Origin: Chiloscyllium plagiosum
Lineage: Eukaryota
Assembly (NCBI RefSeq): GCF_004010195.1
Contig: NC_057754.1
Coordinates: 8,646,214-8,710,213 of the forward strand
Length of the DNA stretch: 64,000 nucleotides
Direction: 5' to 3'
Each line of letters starts with the position of its first letter. Position 1 is the stretch's first letter. The notes under the pieces were generated by a model. The model was not told the origin of the DNA and made no database searches. It saw only the letters and a program-made list of their open reading frames with translations. Both the position numbers and the translations under genes were made by a program. This document shows positions 1 to 12,735 of the stretch, piece after piece.

Positions 1-1008
1 TGCCTGGAGGTCAGTGTTGAGTGCGGTTCCGCAGGGCTCTGTTCTTGGCCTCGGCTCTTTGGAGTTTTTATAAATGACTTGGATGAGGAGGTTGAGGGGT
101 GAGTTAGTAAATTTGCAGATGGAGGTGCTGTTGATAGTATCGAGGGCTATTGTAGCCTGCAGCACTACATAGACAGGATGCAGAACTGGGCTGAGAAATG
201 GCAGATAGAGTTCAACCTGGATAAATGCAAAATGATGCATTTTGGAAGGTCAAACTCGAATGCTGAATATAGGATTAAAGACAGGATTCTTGGCAGTGTG
301 GAGGAATAGAGGGATCTTAATGTTCAAATACATAAATCCCTCAAAGTAGCGACCCAAGTGCATTGGGTTGTTAAGAAAGCATATGGTGTTTTAGCTTTCA
401 TTAATAGGGGGAATTGAGTTTAAGATCCACAAGGCTTTGCTACAGCTCTACAAGTCCCTGGTCAGACCACACTTGTGTCCAGTTCTGGTCGCCCTATTAT
501 AGGAAAGATACCGAGGCTTTGGAGAGGGTGCAAAGAAGGTTTATTAGGATGCTGCCTGGGCTGGAGGGCTTGCCTTATAAAGAGAGGTTGACTAAGCTCG
601 GACTTTTCACTCTGTTGAGAAGGAGGAAGAGAAGTGACCTGATCGAGGTGTACAAGATAATGAGAGGAATGGATAGAATCAGTAGTCAGAGACTTTTCCC
701 CAGGGAAGGATTGACTGGCACGAGGGATCATAGTTTTAAGATATTAGGAGAAAGTTATAGAGGGGACATCAGAGGTAAGTTCTTTATGCAGAGAGCTGTG
801 AATGGATGGAATGCATTGCCAGTGGTGGTGGTGGTGGTGGAAGCAGAGTCATTAGGGACATTTAAGCGACTGCTGGACATGCACATGGATAGCAGAGAGT
901 TGAGGGATGTGTAGGTTAAGTTTTGTTTTACATTAGGATTAATCCTTGGTACAACATTGTGGGCCAAAGGGCCTGTTCTGTGCTGTACATTTCTATGTTC
1001 TATGTTCT
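1..1008 (+). mobile_element. CR1/HER1-type LINE, degraded RT C-terminus and 3' end
   Basis: ORF 414-914 (CVQFWSPYYRKD..LERVQRRF..DLIEVYKIMRG) is the CR1 ORF2 C-terminus; ends in a (TTCTATG)n tail. Confidence 0.9.
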
Positions 1009-1738
1009 AAAATTGATGTACAGAGAGATCAGGGTGTTCAGGTCCATTGTTCCCTGAAGGTGGCAACGCAGGTCAGTAGAGTGGTCAAGAAGGCACTTGG
1101 CATGCTTTTCTTCATTGGACAGGGTATTGAGTACAAGAGTTGGCAGGTCATGTTACAGTTGCATAAGACTTTGCTTCAGCCACATATGTAATACTGCGTA
1201 CAGTTCTGGTCGCCACATTACCAAAAGGATGTGGATGCTTTGGAGAGGGTGTAAAGGAGGTTAACCAGGATGTTGCCTGGTATGGAGGGTGCAAGCAATG
1301 AACAGAGATTGAGGGGAGTAGGATTATTTTCATTAGCAAGATGAAGGTTGAGAGGGAATCTGATTGAGGTCTACAAAATCATCAGAAGTATAGACAGGAT
1401 GGATAGCAAGAAGCTTTTTTCACAGAGTGGGGGACTCATTTATTAGGGGGTCACAAGTTCAAAGTGAGAGGGGAAAAGATTAGGAGAGATATGTGTGCCA
1501 AGTTCTTTATGCAGAGGGTGATGTGTACCTGGAACGCGTTGCCAGTGGAAGTGGTAGAGGCGGGCATGATACAATCATTTAAGTTGCATCTAGAAAGATA
1601 CATGAATGGTCAGGGAGCAGAGGGATGCAGACCCTTAGAAAATAGACAACAGGTTTAGATAGAGGATATGGATTGGCACAGGCTTGGAGGGCCGAAGGGG
1701 TGTTCTTGTGCTGTAATTTTCTTTGTTCGTTGTTCTTG
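1009..1738 (+). mobile_element. CR1 LINE 3' fragment (second copy)
   Basis: GQGIEYKSWQVMLQL and FFMQRVMCTWNALP motifs; CR1-type 3' end. Confidence 0.85.
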
Positions 1739-1789
1739 AAGTGAGATAGTAAAATTGCTGGGACCTTGTACAAAACCTTTGCGTGCTCT

Positions 1790-2732
1790 TTAGTCACAGG
1801 AGAGCTTCCAGAAGACTGGAAAATAACTTGTTGTTCCTTTGTTTAAGAAAGGCAACAGGGAAAATCCAGGAAAGTACAGGGCGGTGAATAGGGAAATTGT
1901 TGGAGAAGATTCTTAGAGATAGGATTTCCTCACCTTTAGAAAAGTAATGGCTTACTCATGACAGACTGGTGGCTCTGTATGGAGGATGTCAACTCTTGCA
2001 AACTTGATTAATTATTTTAGTGGAGGTGACAGAAATGATTGATGAGGGCATGGAGATGGCTGTTGTCCATACGGACCTTAACAAGGTCTTTGATAAGGCT
2101 GTTGATGGCAGGCTGATACAGAAGGTGGAGTGAAATGGGATCTGCGGTGAGCTGGTAAGATGAATACAGAACGAGCTCGCTTACAGAACACAGAATAGTG
2201 GTAGAAGGGTGGTTTTCTGACTGGAGACCTGTGACCATTGGTCAGAGATCAATTCTGGGACTGCAACTCAAACACTAGGGAAGCTGTGGTGAGTGAGGGC
2301 AATTGCCAGAGGATAGAGCAGGATATAGATGGGCAAGAAACTTGGATGAAGAAAAGGCAGATACAACTTAATTCAGACGATTGCGAAGGGATGCGTTTTG
2401 GAAGGTCTAATGCAGGACAGAAGTATACAGCAAATGGAAGAACTCATTAGCATTGATATCCAAACAGATTTAGACATATAGGTCCACAGTTCTCTGAAAC
2501 TGTCAATGCAAGTGAGAAAGGTGCTCGAGAAGGCGTATAGTATGCTTGCATACATCGATTGCCATAGAGTAGAAAAAGCGGCAAGTCATATTGGAGCTGT
2601 ATTTGACTTCATTTCGGCCTCATTTGGAATATAGTGTATATTTCTGGTTGCCACAGCACTAGAAGGACGTGGATGCATTGGAGAGGATGTAGAAAATGTT
2701 TACCAGGATGTTGTCTGGTTTTGAAGGTATTG
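1790..2732 (+). mobile_element. CR1 LINE RT fragment, heavily degraded
   Basis: Remnants of EDWK..VPLFKKG, DFxKAFD and QFW motifs with stops and frameshifts. Confidence 0.75.
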
Positions 2733-2771
2733 GATGTAGGTTTGCCCGTTGAGCTGGAGGGTTCATGTTCG

Positions 2772-2805
2772 GACGTTTCGTCACCCTAGTAAATTACATC
2801 TTCAG
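2772..2805 (-). ncRNA. Minimal hammerhead ribozyme motif in PLE terminal repeat
   Basis: Minus strand CTGAAGA-TGTAATTTACTAGGGTGAC-GAAAC-GTC; core intact, stem II eroded. Confidence 0.6.
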
Positions 2806-3317
2806 TGAGCCTCCAGATGAGGCACTGTTGATGATTCCTGCTTTCTATTTATATGTTTGGGTTCCTTTGGGTTGGTGATGTCACTTCCTGTGGTGATGTT
2901 ATTTCCTATGGTGATAGCATTTCCTGTTCTTTTTCTCATGGGGTGGTAAATGGGGTCCAAGTCAATGTGTTTGTTGATAGAGTTCTGGTTGGAATGCCAT
3001 GCTTCTATGAATTCTTGTGCGTGTCTCTGTTTGGCTTGTCCTAGGATGGATGTGTTGTCCCAGTCAAGTGGTGTCCTTTCTTATCTGTATGTAAGGATAC
3101 TAGTGAGAGAGGGTCATGTCGTTTTGTAGCTAGTTGATGTTCATGTGTCCTGGTGGATAAGTTTCTGCCTGTTTGTCCAATGTAGCATTTGTCACAGTTC
3201 TTGCACGGTATTTTGTAAATGACATTAGTTTTTTCTTGTCAGTCTAGGGTCTTTCAAATTCATTAGCTGCTGTTTTAGTGTGTTGGTGGGTTTGTGGGCT
3301 ACCATGATGCCAAGGGA

Positions 3318-5158
3318 CCAAAAGAGAAAATGCTGGAAAATCTCAACAGGTCTGGCAGCATCTGTAAAGAGAGAAAAGAGCTGACATTTTGAGTCTAACT
3401 GACCCTTTGTCAAAGCTGCGGTGGAGGCAAAAGAGCTGAGAGAAAGGGATAAAGTCCTTACAGGACATAGGGTGAGAAGAGCTGTAGTCCAGATAGCTGT
3501 GGGAGCCAGCGGGCTTGTAATAGATATTAGTGGATAGACTATTGCCGGAAATGGAGACAGAAAGGTCAAGGAAAGGAAGGCAAGTGTCAGAGATGGACCA
3601 GGTGAAGGTGATGGAGGGATGGAAACTGGAAGCAAAGTTTATGAATTTTTCCAGGTCAGGACGACAGCATGAAGCCGCACCGAAATAGTCATCGATGTTC
3701 CAATAAAGCAGTTGTGGGAAGGGACCCAGGTAGGCTTGGAACAAGAAATGTTCCACATACCCCAAGAAATGTTCCACATACCCCATGAAAAGGCAGGCAT
3801 AACTAGGACCCATGCGGGTACCCATTGCTACACCTTTGATTTGGAGAAAATGGGATGAGTTGAAGGAGAAGTTGTTGAGAGAGAGAACAGGTTCAGCCAG
3901 GCAGAGAAGAGTGGTGGTGGAAGGAGATTGTTCGGGCCTCTTTTTGACAAAGAAGCAAAGAGCTTTCAAGTCGTCTTGGTGTGGGATGGAAGTGTAAAGA
4001 GAATGCACACCCATGGTGAATAGAAGGTGTTTAGGGCCTGCGAATTGAAAGCTGTCAATGTGTTGCAGGGCATCAGAGGAATCCCAGTTGTAGGTGGGGA
4101 GGGAGCGAATCAGAGGAGTAAGGATGGAGTCAAGGTAGGAGGAAATAAGTTCAGTGGGGCAGGAGCATGCTGACACAATGGGCCTGCCGGGACAGTCCTT
4201 CTTGTGGATTTTGGGGAGTAGGTAGAAACGGGCTGTCCGGAGTTTGGAGACTATGAGGTATGTAGCTGTGGGGGGGAGGCATCCAGAGGAAATGAGGTCA
4301 GTCACGGTGTTGGAGACAATGGCTTGATGCTCAGTGGTGTGGTCGTGCTCCAGGGGGAGGTAGGAGGAGGAATCTGAGAGTTGGCGCTCAGCCTCTGCGA
4401 GGTAGAAGTCAGTAAGCCAGACGACAGCAGCATCCCCTTTGTCAGCAGGTTTGATGACAAGTTTGGGGTTAGACCTAAGGGAGCGGAGAGCAGAAAGTTC
4501 GGATGGAGAGAGGTTGGAATGGGGAAGAGGGGCAGAGAAATTAAGGCAGCCAAATGTCCCGTCGACAATCGGCAATGAAAAGATTGACGACAGGAAATTG
4601 TCCTGGTGGAGGTGTCCAATTAGAGGTGGAATGTTGGAGGGATGTGAAAGGATCTGTGGAGCAGGGGAAGGACTCTAGCCCAAAGAAGTGAGTAAGAAGG
4701 CGAAGGCGGCGGAAGAAGAGCTCAGCATCATGTCGAGCCTGGAATTCATTGAGGTGGGGACGTAAGGGTACAAAGCTGAGTCCTTTGCTGAGAACAGTAT
4801 GTTCGGCCTCAGAGAGGGGAAGGTCAGAGGGTATGGTGAACACACGGCAAGGGCTGGGGCTGGAAGAGATGGGGTTAGAGGGATTGGGACTGTTGGAAGG
4901 TGAAGGGTGGGCAGGAGTGTGGATGAGAAGTTGAAGCTTGCATTCCTTAACATCTGCAAGAAACAGGAAAAGTTTGGAGTTAAGGCGTGAAGGATGAAGT
5001 GAAACTGTGGGCCAGGACAGCTTTGAGAGAGACAAAGGGTCAGTTAGACTCCAAAAGTCAGCTCTTTTCTCTCCTTACAGATGCAGCCGGACCTGCTGAG
5101 ATTTTCCAGCATTTTCTCTTTTGGTTTCAGATTCCAGCATCCACAGTAATTTGCTTTT
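3318..5158 (-). mobile_element. Penelope-like retroelement (RT domain) with inverted termini and 14-bp TSD
   Basis: ORF 3343-4575: IKPADKG, FYLLPKIHK, GRPIVS, GVAMGTRMGPSYA, IDD, FLDL; 3318-3411 is the reverse complement of ~5031-5124; TSD ATGATGCCAAGGGA at 3304-3317 and 5159-5172. Confidence 0.92.
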
Positions 5159-6883
5159 ATGATGCCAAGGGATCTGAGTAGTCTGGCAGTCATTTCCAAG
5201 ATGTCTTTGATGTAGGGGAGAGTGGCTAGGGTTTCTGGATGTGTTTTGTCTGCTTGTTTGGGTTTGTTGCTGAGAAATTGGTGGACTGTGTTCATTGGGT
5301 ATCCATTCTTTTTGAATACACAATGTCATCTACAAACTTAGCAGCAATGAGCAGGAGTGTCAGACACTGTGTTAGAGCACCATTACAAATTAGAAATTAC
5401 TCTTTGACTATGACTCATTTGGCTGTTTAACCTGAGTATTACTGAAGGAAGACTGGCCTTTTTCAAAGGTTTTCACCTTTCACTAATCAGGACAGCTCAC
5501 AAGAATGACCAACTTAAAGAGAATAGCAACAATCATTATTGTATGAGCGGTGAATACCCACTGTTTGGCGAGTGGAATATGACTGGGAGGGATGTTGTAA
5601 ACGAAGAATGCTTTAGTTAATGTCGGCATAGCAGTTAATTACCAAGATTTCTTTAAAATTTAAACCAAGTCAGTTGACACTGATTACTTGCAAAATGAAC
5701 GAGAGAACAGCTGACTACATTATGATGACACTTTAAAGGGAGGAACTAACAAGCTTAATCTCAAAGGAAGTCATGGTAGCACAGCTTGAGCCCATGATAT
5801 GGTCCTCCTGCACCATGTGTCCCTGGTGACCATGTGTACCAGAGCGTGTGCAGCTGCAACGTTGAAATGTGCAAATACGTATCGAGTTCTTCTGTGAGAG
5901 TGCCAAGAAGTATACTGCCAAATAATTTAACATTTTTCACTTGGGCTCACAGTGTTGACGCACTTGCATCCCCTGAAAGCTGTATGCATATGAACATGCA
6001 GTAATGCCTGTTTATTGCAGATGGAAAGGAAATGCATTAATGCAACAACAAAATGGGTGAATAATTGAAAATAGGTTTGCAATGTCATAAGTAGGAGGTT
6101 TTCCGATGGAAGATCCGGGAAAGAATTTCGAAGTCTACATGGGATAGAATTAGACTTGTACCCGTGGCCCCAGAACATTGCCTGGGTCTCTGGATTAACA
6201 GCCCTGTGCTAATACCACTGGGCTGTAGCTCCCCATCCCCATCCTCCATTCCTGTGAGTCATTGAAAGATAGTACTGCTTCCCCTTTGAATAGATAAACT
6301 TTGCAAGAAAGGTCACTTTAACTGTCAGCTGGACTGGAGGTCGAGGAATTCATGAGCCATTTCCAGTTACAATTAACGCTCTAAAAGTTATTTTAGTGAT
6401 CTTGTTCACACTGCCAACCCCTGTAGTTTACCATTGTCGCAACTTAACTTGCCATCCAGAAATGTTGCTCATCTTATTCATGCTGGAAGTAGTCATTTCG
6501 CTGTCCACTCCTTTCAGCTGCCCTGAAACCTCCAGCTTTAGATGTCACTGAGCTGACCTGTGCAATATTTCCACATATATCACTCACAAACAGTGATATT
6601 TCAACTAACCATCCTGATATATCACAAATCTCACTTCATTCATAACTGCCACAATTAATCCAGGTACAGCATTAGATACATTTTGGTTCTGATAATTCAT
6701 TGAAAGTAATCAATTTCCCAATTCCTACTTTAACTGCCCAACCACATTGATATTGTCTATCTTAAGAGAAGGAACCATATCCCACAGTCCAGTATGACAG
6801 CGAGGTGAAAAAAAGTAGTATTTGGAGTTTAATTTCTGACTGATTACAGTCAATTGAAGGCCATTTCCTGAAACAACACTGTA

Positions 6884-7114
6884 TAGATGTCAGAGCTAGT
6901 TTCTTTACTCAGAGAGTAGTAAGGGGCATGGAACGCATTACCTGCAGCAGTAGTAGACTCGCCAACTTTAAGGGCATTTAAATAGTCATTGGATAGGCAC
7001 ATGGAAGAGAATAGAATAGTGTAGGTTAGATGGGCTTCAGATTGGTTTCACAGGTCGGCGCAACATGGAGGGCCGAAGGGCATGTACTGCGCTTGTAATG
7101 TTGTATGCTCTATG
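6884..7114 (+). mobile_element. CR1 LINE 3' end
   Basis: FFTQRVVRAWNALP-like sequence, GGGCCGAAGGG motif and CTATG tail. Confidence 0.8.
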
Positions 7115-7435
7115 TAACACGAGGTCTGAATGAATGGCGCTTCATGGAAAGCCCATTGCTGAGAGAAAACAGCATTCAATTTTCATCATTTAGTTAATGT
7201 GAGCACAGTTGCAGGGGCTTTATACGTTGTTTACTAAAACTGATTTTAAACATTGTGGAAAACAACGTGGATTATCAAAAATGTCATAATCTTATTTCAT
7301 GCCAAACAAAAATTGACAAGCAATCGCTATCTCCCTATGGAGAGCCCACAGTGTATAAATCAAATGCTCTGGGAATGTAATGACTCAAAGTTTAACACAC
7401 GGCAGCAGGGAGGAACAGATCACTTTATACAGAAA

Positions 7436-7502
7436 ATGCAATATATATTTCACAGTCTCCTCAAATTATACTACACAATTATTGCTATTATTGGCATTCC
7501 TG
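7436..7502 (+). CDS. GPR139/142-related orphan GPCR gene A, exon 1 (MQYIFHSLLKLYYTIIAIIGIP)
   Basis: cagaaaATG start, 67 nt, phase-1 donor CCTG|GTAAGT; same length, start context and donor as exon 1 of gene B; splices in frame to TM1 'VNL' at 11765. An upstream in-frame ATG at 7337 is an alternative start. Confidence 0.85.
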
Positions 7503-7789
7503 GTAAGTGACCAAGTGATATTATGTATGTATGCCAGATGTATTCGCGTTGTGACAACAAATCATTTGATCACTGCTTGCTGATCCAATGGTAACATGCA
7601 TGCATCTGTCCGCTTACCGATATTGTTTTTGCTGAGATAAACAGACTACGATAATCAACGTTTTCATAGCATTGTGTCAATTGATAATAAACCTTTCCTT
7701 GCAGCTCACAAACTCTGTAAAGCACAATTGATCAGCCTTCAGCAGACAACAGAATCAGATCCCTGTGAGAGGAAGTGATAGAAGGTGTT

Positions 7790-8200
7790 ACTGGGACGAC
7801 ATGTCATCGCAAACTAAACTACTCCCACCTGCCTGTATTTGACCCATATCCCTCTAACACCTTTATGCACCCTGTCCAAATGTCTTCTAAATATGTTAAT
7901 TGTGCCTGCAATGACCACTTTTCTCTGACAGTTCATTCCACCACTGTCTGTGTGGAAAAGTTGCCCCCAGGTCTCTTTTAAATATCTCTCTGCTCACCTT
8001 AAAATTATGCCCGCTAGTTTTGAACTCTCCTACACTAGATAAAAGATGTGTTCACCCTATCTATACCTCGTGATGCTTTTATAAATCTCTGTATGGTCAC
8101 CCTTCAACCTCCAACACTTCAGTGAAAAAGTTCCAGTCCATGCAGTCTCTCCTTATAAATCTAACCCTCCCGCTCCTGTAAATATTTTTTCTGCACCATC
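7790..8200 (-). mobile_element. Degraded CR1 LINE 3' fragment
   Basis: Reverse complement resembles the CR1 3' coding region seen elsewhere in the window. Confidence 0.65.
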
Positions 8201-8384
8201 AATGTGTTTGGATTAGAAACTAGAGAGGCACACCTGACCACAATGAACAATGTATTACCGACAGTGTGTGATAAAGGGTCTTAGGATCTCATGGCAATGC
8301 CCCTGTCCCTGGGGCAGATTCAAGTTACATCCACCCTGGAAGATGTGCGAGCAGGTTGATTAAAATAAAAGATAGTAGGAGAAG

Positions 8385-8508
8385 GTGGAAGAGTGCAGAT
8401 GCTGGCAATCAGAGTTGAGAGTGCAGTGCTGGAAAAGCACAGCAGGTCAGGCAGCATCCGAGGAGCAGGAAAGTCGACGTTTCAGGCATAAGGCCTTCAT
8501 CAGGAATC
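8385..8508 (-). mobile_element. Short PLE-derived non-autonomous repeat carrying a hammerhead motif
   Basis: Same family as 10758, 11212, 60294 and 62439 (GATGCTGCCTGACCTGCTGTGCTTTTCCAGCA). Confidence 0.75.
8476..8503 (-). ncRNA. Minimal hammerhead ribozyme motif
   Basis: CTGATGA-AGGC-CTTAT-GCCT-GAAAC-GTC; full core and paired stem II. Confidence 0.7.
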
Positions 8509-8892
8509 AAGAAAAGACAGTGAACGCCGATAGGGAGCCAATTGTAACATGTCAATTTTAATCTGAGAATCCAGGCTACCAGACCTTCATGGGGTGTTGC
8601 TTTGATTCCAGTTTGGTGGTGATTCCCCTCTCTCTTTGTTCAAGATTATCAAAATTCTCTGATTGTGTGCATCTAAAGACGGTCTTGTGGTATGGTGGTA
8701 TTGGATGTGTCCCAACGCGACTGAATAGAAATATCACATGGGCTCTTGTGCCATTTGCTTATAGCTGATTAGAATTAGAATCCTGTAGTGTGGAAACAAG
8801 CCATTTGGCCCAACAAGTCCACACCGACCCTCTGAAGACTAAGCCACCCAGACCCATTCTCATATACCGATTACTCTAGACTTCCCCGAACT

Positions 8893-9207
8893 TGTGGGCG
8901 GCACGGTGGCACAGTGGCTGCTGCCTCACAGCGCCGGAGACCCGGGTTCAGTTCCCGCCTCAGGCGACTGACTGTGTGGAGTTTGCACGTTCTCCCTGTG
9001 TCTGCATGGGTTTCCTCCGGGTGCTCCGGTTTCCTCCCACAGTCCAAAGATGTGCAGGTCAGGTGAATTGGCCATGCTAAATTGCCCGTAGTGTTAGGTA
9101 AGGGGTAAATGTAGGGGTATGGGTGGGTTGCGCTTCGGCGGGTCGGTGTGGACTTGTTGGGCCGAAGGGCCTGTTTCCACACTGTAATCTAATCTAATCT
9201 AATCTAA
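8893..9207 (+). mobile_element. HE1-type tRNA-derived SINE nested in an older minus-strand HE1 (~8775-9425)
   Basis: Head GGGCGGCACGGTGGCACAGTGG (A box), GGGTTCAGTTCCC (B box), CR1-like tail and (AATCT)n end. Confidence 0.9.
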
Positions 9208-9677
9208 TGCTTCTAGCCTACACATCCCTGAACACTACGGGTAAATTAGCATGGCCAATCCGTCTAACCTGCACATCTTTGGACAGTGGGAGGAAACCGG
9301 AGTACACGGGCGAAACCCATGCAGACCATGTGCAAACTCCACCCAGACAGTCACATGAGGCTGGAACCAAATCAGGTCCCTGGTGCTGTGAGGCAGCAGT
9401 GCTAACTACTGACCCACAGTGTCCCTAATTCTGAGTTCCTGTCCTAATTGCTCCAGAGGTGTTTCTGAATCGGTTGATTAAAAAGAAAGACTCTGTGTCT
9501 ATGATTGTGTGTGCGCGTTCAAGCGTGTGTGGAAGTAAATTTGTACTGAGTGTGGCTCACTAATTGGCTTTATTTTGAAATCATTGTTTGAGTAGCTGTG
9601 ATCCATTGCAAAGGGAAAAATGTTTTGACAATCTTTCCTGATAAGAATACACATTGAACAATATTGTAATGGTATCA

Positions 9678-9712
<35 letters not shown>

Positions 9713-9899
9713 TCTAATTCAGTGGTGCAATGTGGGAGTCTGTGGCTGAGACAGTATTTGTTTCCCGTCTTTAGTTGCGTTGGAAGTGATGGGAAGAGCA
9801 GAACTGCTTTTTTGAACTGCTGCAGTCCATTTCATGCAAACAGACCCACCCCCACCCCCCACCCATGACATTGGGAAATTCCACCAATTAAGTCAGCAT

Positions 9900-10170
9900 C
9901 GTGGGTGGCACGGTGGCACTGCAGCTAGCACTGCTGCCTCACTGCTGTCTCTTTGCGCCAGAGACTCGGGTTCAATTCCGTGTCCGGGTGCTCCGGTTTC
10001 CTCTCACAGTCCAAAAATGTGCAGGTTAGGTGAATTGGCCCTGCTAAATTGCCTGTAGTGTTGGATGAAGGGGTAAATGTAGGGGAATGGGTCTGGGTGG
10101 GATGCGCTTCGGCGGGCTGGTGTGGACTTTACCCTAAGGGTCTGTATCTACACTGTAAGTAATCTAATCA
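9900..10170 (+). mobile_element. HE1-type SINE, internally deleted
   Basis: A/B box head and same body as the other copies. Confidence 0.8.
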
Positions 10171-10757
10171 AATAAAGGAACAGCAACGCTATTCCAAGTA
10201 AGTGATTGGAAGGGCTAATTGGAGGTAGTATCTGATGCTCTCACCCTCTAGGTGGTAGTGGTCGTGGCTTGAAAGATGGTGTCTAAGTTACACACTGCTG
10301 CAACTGAGTGTCAGTGTGAAGCGAGTGGATGTTTGTGGATATGATTCCAATCAAGTAAGCTGCTGCTTCTCCTGGATGGTGTCAGGCTCCTCGAATGTTG
10401 TTGGATCTGCACCAATCCAGGCTGCTGGAGAGCATTCCATCACACTGTTCTCTTGTGCCCTGGAGATAATTGAGTAACTTTGGTGAGTCAGGAGGTGAGT
10501 TACTTTCCGCAGTATTCCTAGCGTCTTGATCCACTCTTGTAGACACCTTATTCACATTGCTCGCTCATGCTGCTATTTGTCAATCAGAACCACTGGTTTG
10601 TTGATGGTTAGGGGAAGGAGGGCAGGGGTCAGAGAAGATCATGCCATTGAAGATCAAGAAATGATGGTTGGCTTCTCACTTGCTGGAGATGATCAATGCC
10701 CAGCACATTGTGGCACAAATATTACTTGCTACTTGTCAGGCCAAACTTGGTCATTGA

Positions 10758-10882
10758 CTGATGCAGGGCTCTGGCCTGAAACGTCGATTCTCCTGCTCCT
10801 CGGATGCTGCCTGACCTGCCATGCTTTTCCAGCACCACACTCTCGACTCTGATCTCCAGCATCTTCAGTCCTCACTTTCTCC
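10758..10882 (+). mobile_element. PLE-derived short repeat with mutated hammerhead core
   Basis: CTGATGCAGGGCTCTGGCCTGAAACGTC followed by the family body. Confidence 0.7.
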
Positions 10883-11211
10883 TTGGACATTGACCACGTC
10901 TGTTTGAAATTGGGCAAGGAATGCCTCAGTATCTGATATCTATTTCCAATTATGTCTATGTCAGTCTGTCACTCCTTGTATAATAGTCAAGTATACCTGA
11001 GCTTTACTTCAGTTCACAATGTGTGTGTGTGTGTGTGTGTGTAATCTATTTGACTGATGTTATGATATTGGTTACCATTTTAGTTCCCTGTACTGGTACA
11101 TCCCATGCTGATACTTTCCGAGGGCCCCAGATTGAATTGTTTAATTTAGTTTCATGAATCAGCTGTTCCCACAGGTACTCATTTCTGCTCAACAAGCTAT
11201 GGTCTTTTAAT

Positions 11212-11322
11212 TCCTGATGAAGGGCTTTTGCCCAAAGTATTGATTCTTGGATGCTGCCTGACCTGCTGTGCTTTTTCAGCACCACACAATCTCAACTCTG
11301 ATCTCCAGCATCTGCAGACCTC
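11212..11322 (+). mobile_element. PLE-derived short repeat with degenerate hammerhead
   Basis: CTGATGAAGGGCTTTTGCCCAAAG (GAAA lost) plus family body. Confidence 0.7.
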
Positions 11323-11764
11323 ACCATCTGCATGGTCTGTTAATGCAAGCCCTCACAAATTCTTTATCCTCACTCTATGTATGTGCAAATGTTAATTTCT
11401 GCAGAGCTGAGGTTTCAATCTTGGGATATTCCAGAATCAGGTTTTGTCACCAGGCAACATATTTCCAAAATGTCTGCAATATCAGTTCAAGTCACTCATC
11501 AATTATTTTGATTTCCTCTGATTTCCCACTGCACTTTATGTTCCTCATCATCCCCAAGATATGCTCAAATTCCACGTGTACCTTCCCAAGAATTGTCCTT
11601 GAGAGGGAATAATTACATTGTCCTCATTCCTTCCTCCTGTCCAGATGCAAAAATCGTAGGTCTGAAGACATTAATCTGAGAAACTCCTGCAGTGATGTCC
11701 TGGAGTGCAGATGACGCTTGGAAATGTTGATCAATAATATACAGTCTCTCTTTGTTCTTTGCAG

Positions 11765-12674
11765 TGAATTTAGTGGCCATTGGGATCCTGTCTCAGGCAA
11801 ATTGTGGCCTCTCCTCATGCACCACTCACTATCTGGTGGCCATGGCAACAGCGGATCTACTGGTTATTGTTGCTGAGGTAATACTAGGGTGGATTCGTTA
11901 TTATTATTTCTTTGGATCCTTCCTGGACATCACCCCAGTGTGTAGTGCCATCTACGTCATGATTTGTGCAGCCACCGACTCTTCTGTCTGGTTCACCATC
12001 TCTTTCTCCTTCGATCGATTTGTGCTTATTTGTTGCCAGAAGCTAAAAACAAAATATTGCACAGAGAAAACTGCAGCTGTGGTGCTTGCCACAACCTGCA
12101 GTGTACTCTGTTTAAAAACATCCCCTTCTATTTTACATATGAACCTGGAGAGATCATTGACAATATACCATGGTTTTGTTCTGTAAAGTCAAGTTACCTC
12201 ACTCAGCCTGGGTGGCTGGGTTTTGACTGGTTTGACACAGTTCTAACCCCATTGCTCCCATTTGCTTTAATACTGTTGCTCAATGCTCTGACAGTCCGAC
12301 ACATTTTAAGAGCCAGTCGAGTCCGCAAAACACTGAGAGGTCAGAGCAAGGGAGAGCATCAAAGAGACCCAACGATCGAGAGCAGAAGGAAGTCTGTGAT
12401 TTTACTCTTCACCATCTCTGGCAGCTTCATACTTCTTTGGATGATTCATGTTATGGAGTTCTTATATTATAACATTACAGGCATAGATCCCAGGGATTAT
12501 AATTATTCTGAATACATTCTGCGACATGTTGGATTTATGCTTCGGAATTTAAGTTGCTGCACGAACACATTTATTTATGGAGTGACTCAGTCGAAGTTCA
12601 GAGAGCACTTCAAGAGTGCGGTAAAATATCCGTTTACATCAGTTACTCGATCAATTCATAAACGTAACAGTTGA
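11765..12674 (+). pseudogene. GPR139/142-related GPCR gene A, exon 2, with a 1-nt frameshift at ~12114-12118
   Basis: Acceptor tttgttctttgcAG|TG; ORFs 11752-12186 and 11964-12674 join into a 7TM protein (AMATADLL, SFDRF, TNTFIY) colinear with gene B if one A is restored (TTAAAAAC vs TTAAAAAAT). Confidence 0.85.
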
Positions 12675-12735
12675 AAGCATCCCTGTCTCTCCTGCCTTCA
12701 GTGCAATACATATGTTCATATTCTGAATAGAGATG

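Larger units (their letters stand above)
2733..5335 (-). mobile_element. Penelope-like element 3' part (GIY-YIG region and terminal repeat), split by a nested PLE
   Basis: Minus-strand LATLPYIKDILEMTARLLRSLGI continues as MVAHKPTNTLKQQLMNLKD across the insertion; hammerhead motif at the end. Confidence 0.8.

Noticed and set aside
7253..7435. Extended N-terminus for gene A from the ORF track
   Set aside because: The track start is TTG, and gene B supports the ATG at 7436; the ATG at 7337 is not fully excluded.
8893..8960. tRNA gene from A/B boxes in HE1 heads
   Set aside because: Always attached to a SINE body and tail, in many diverged copies.
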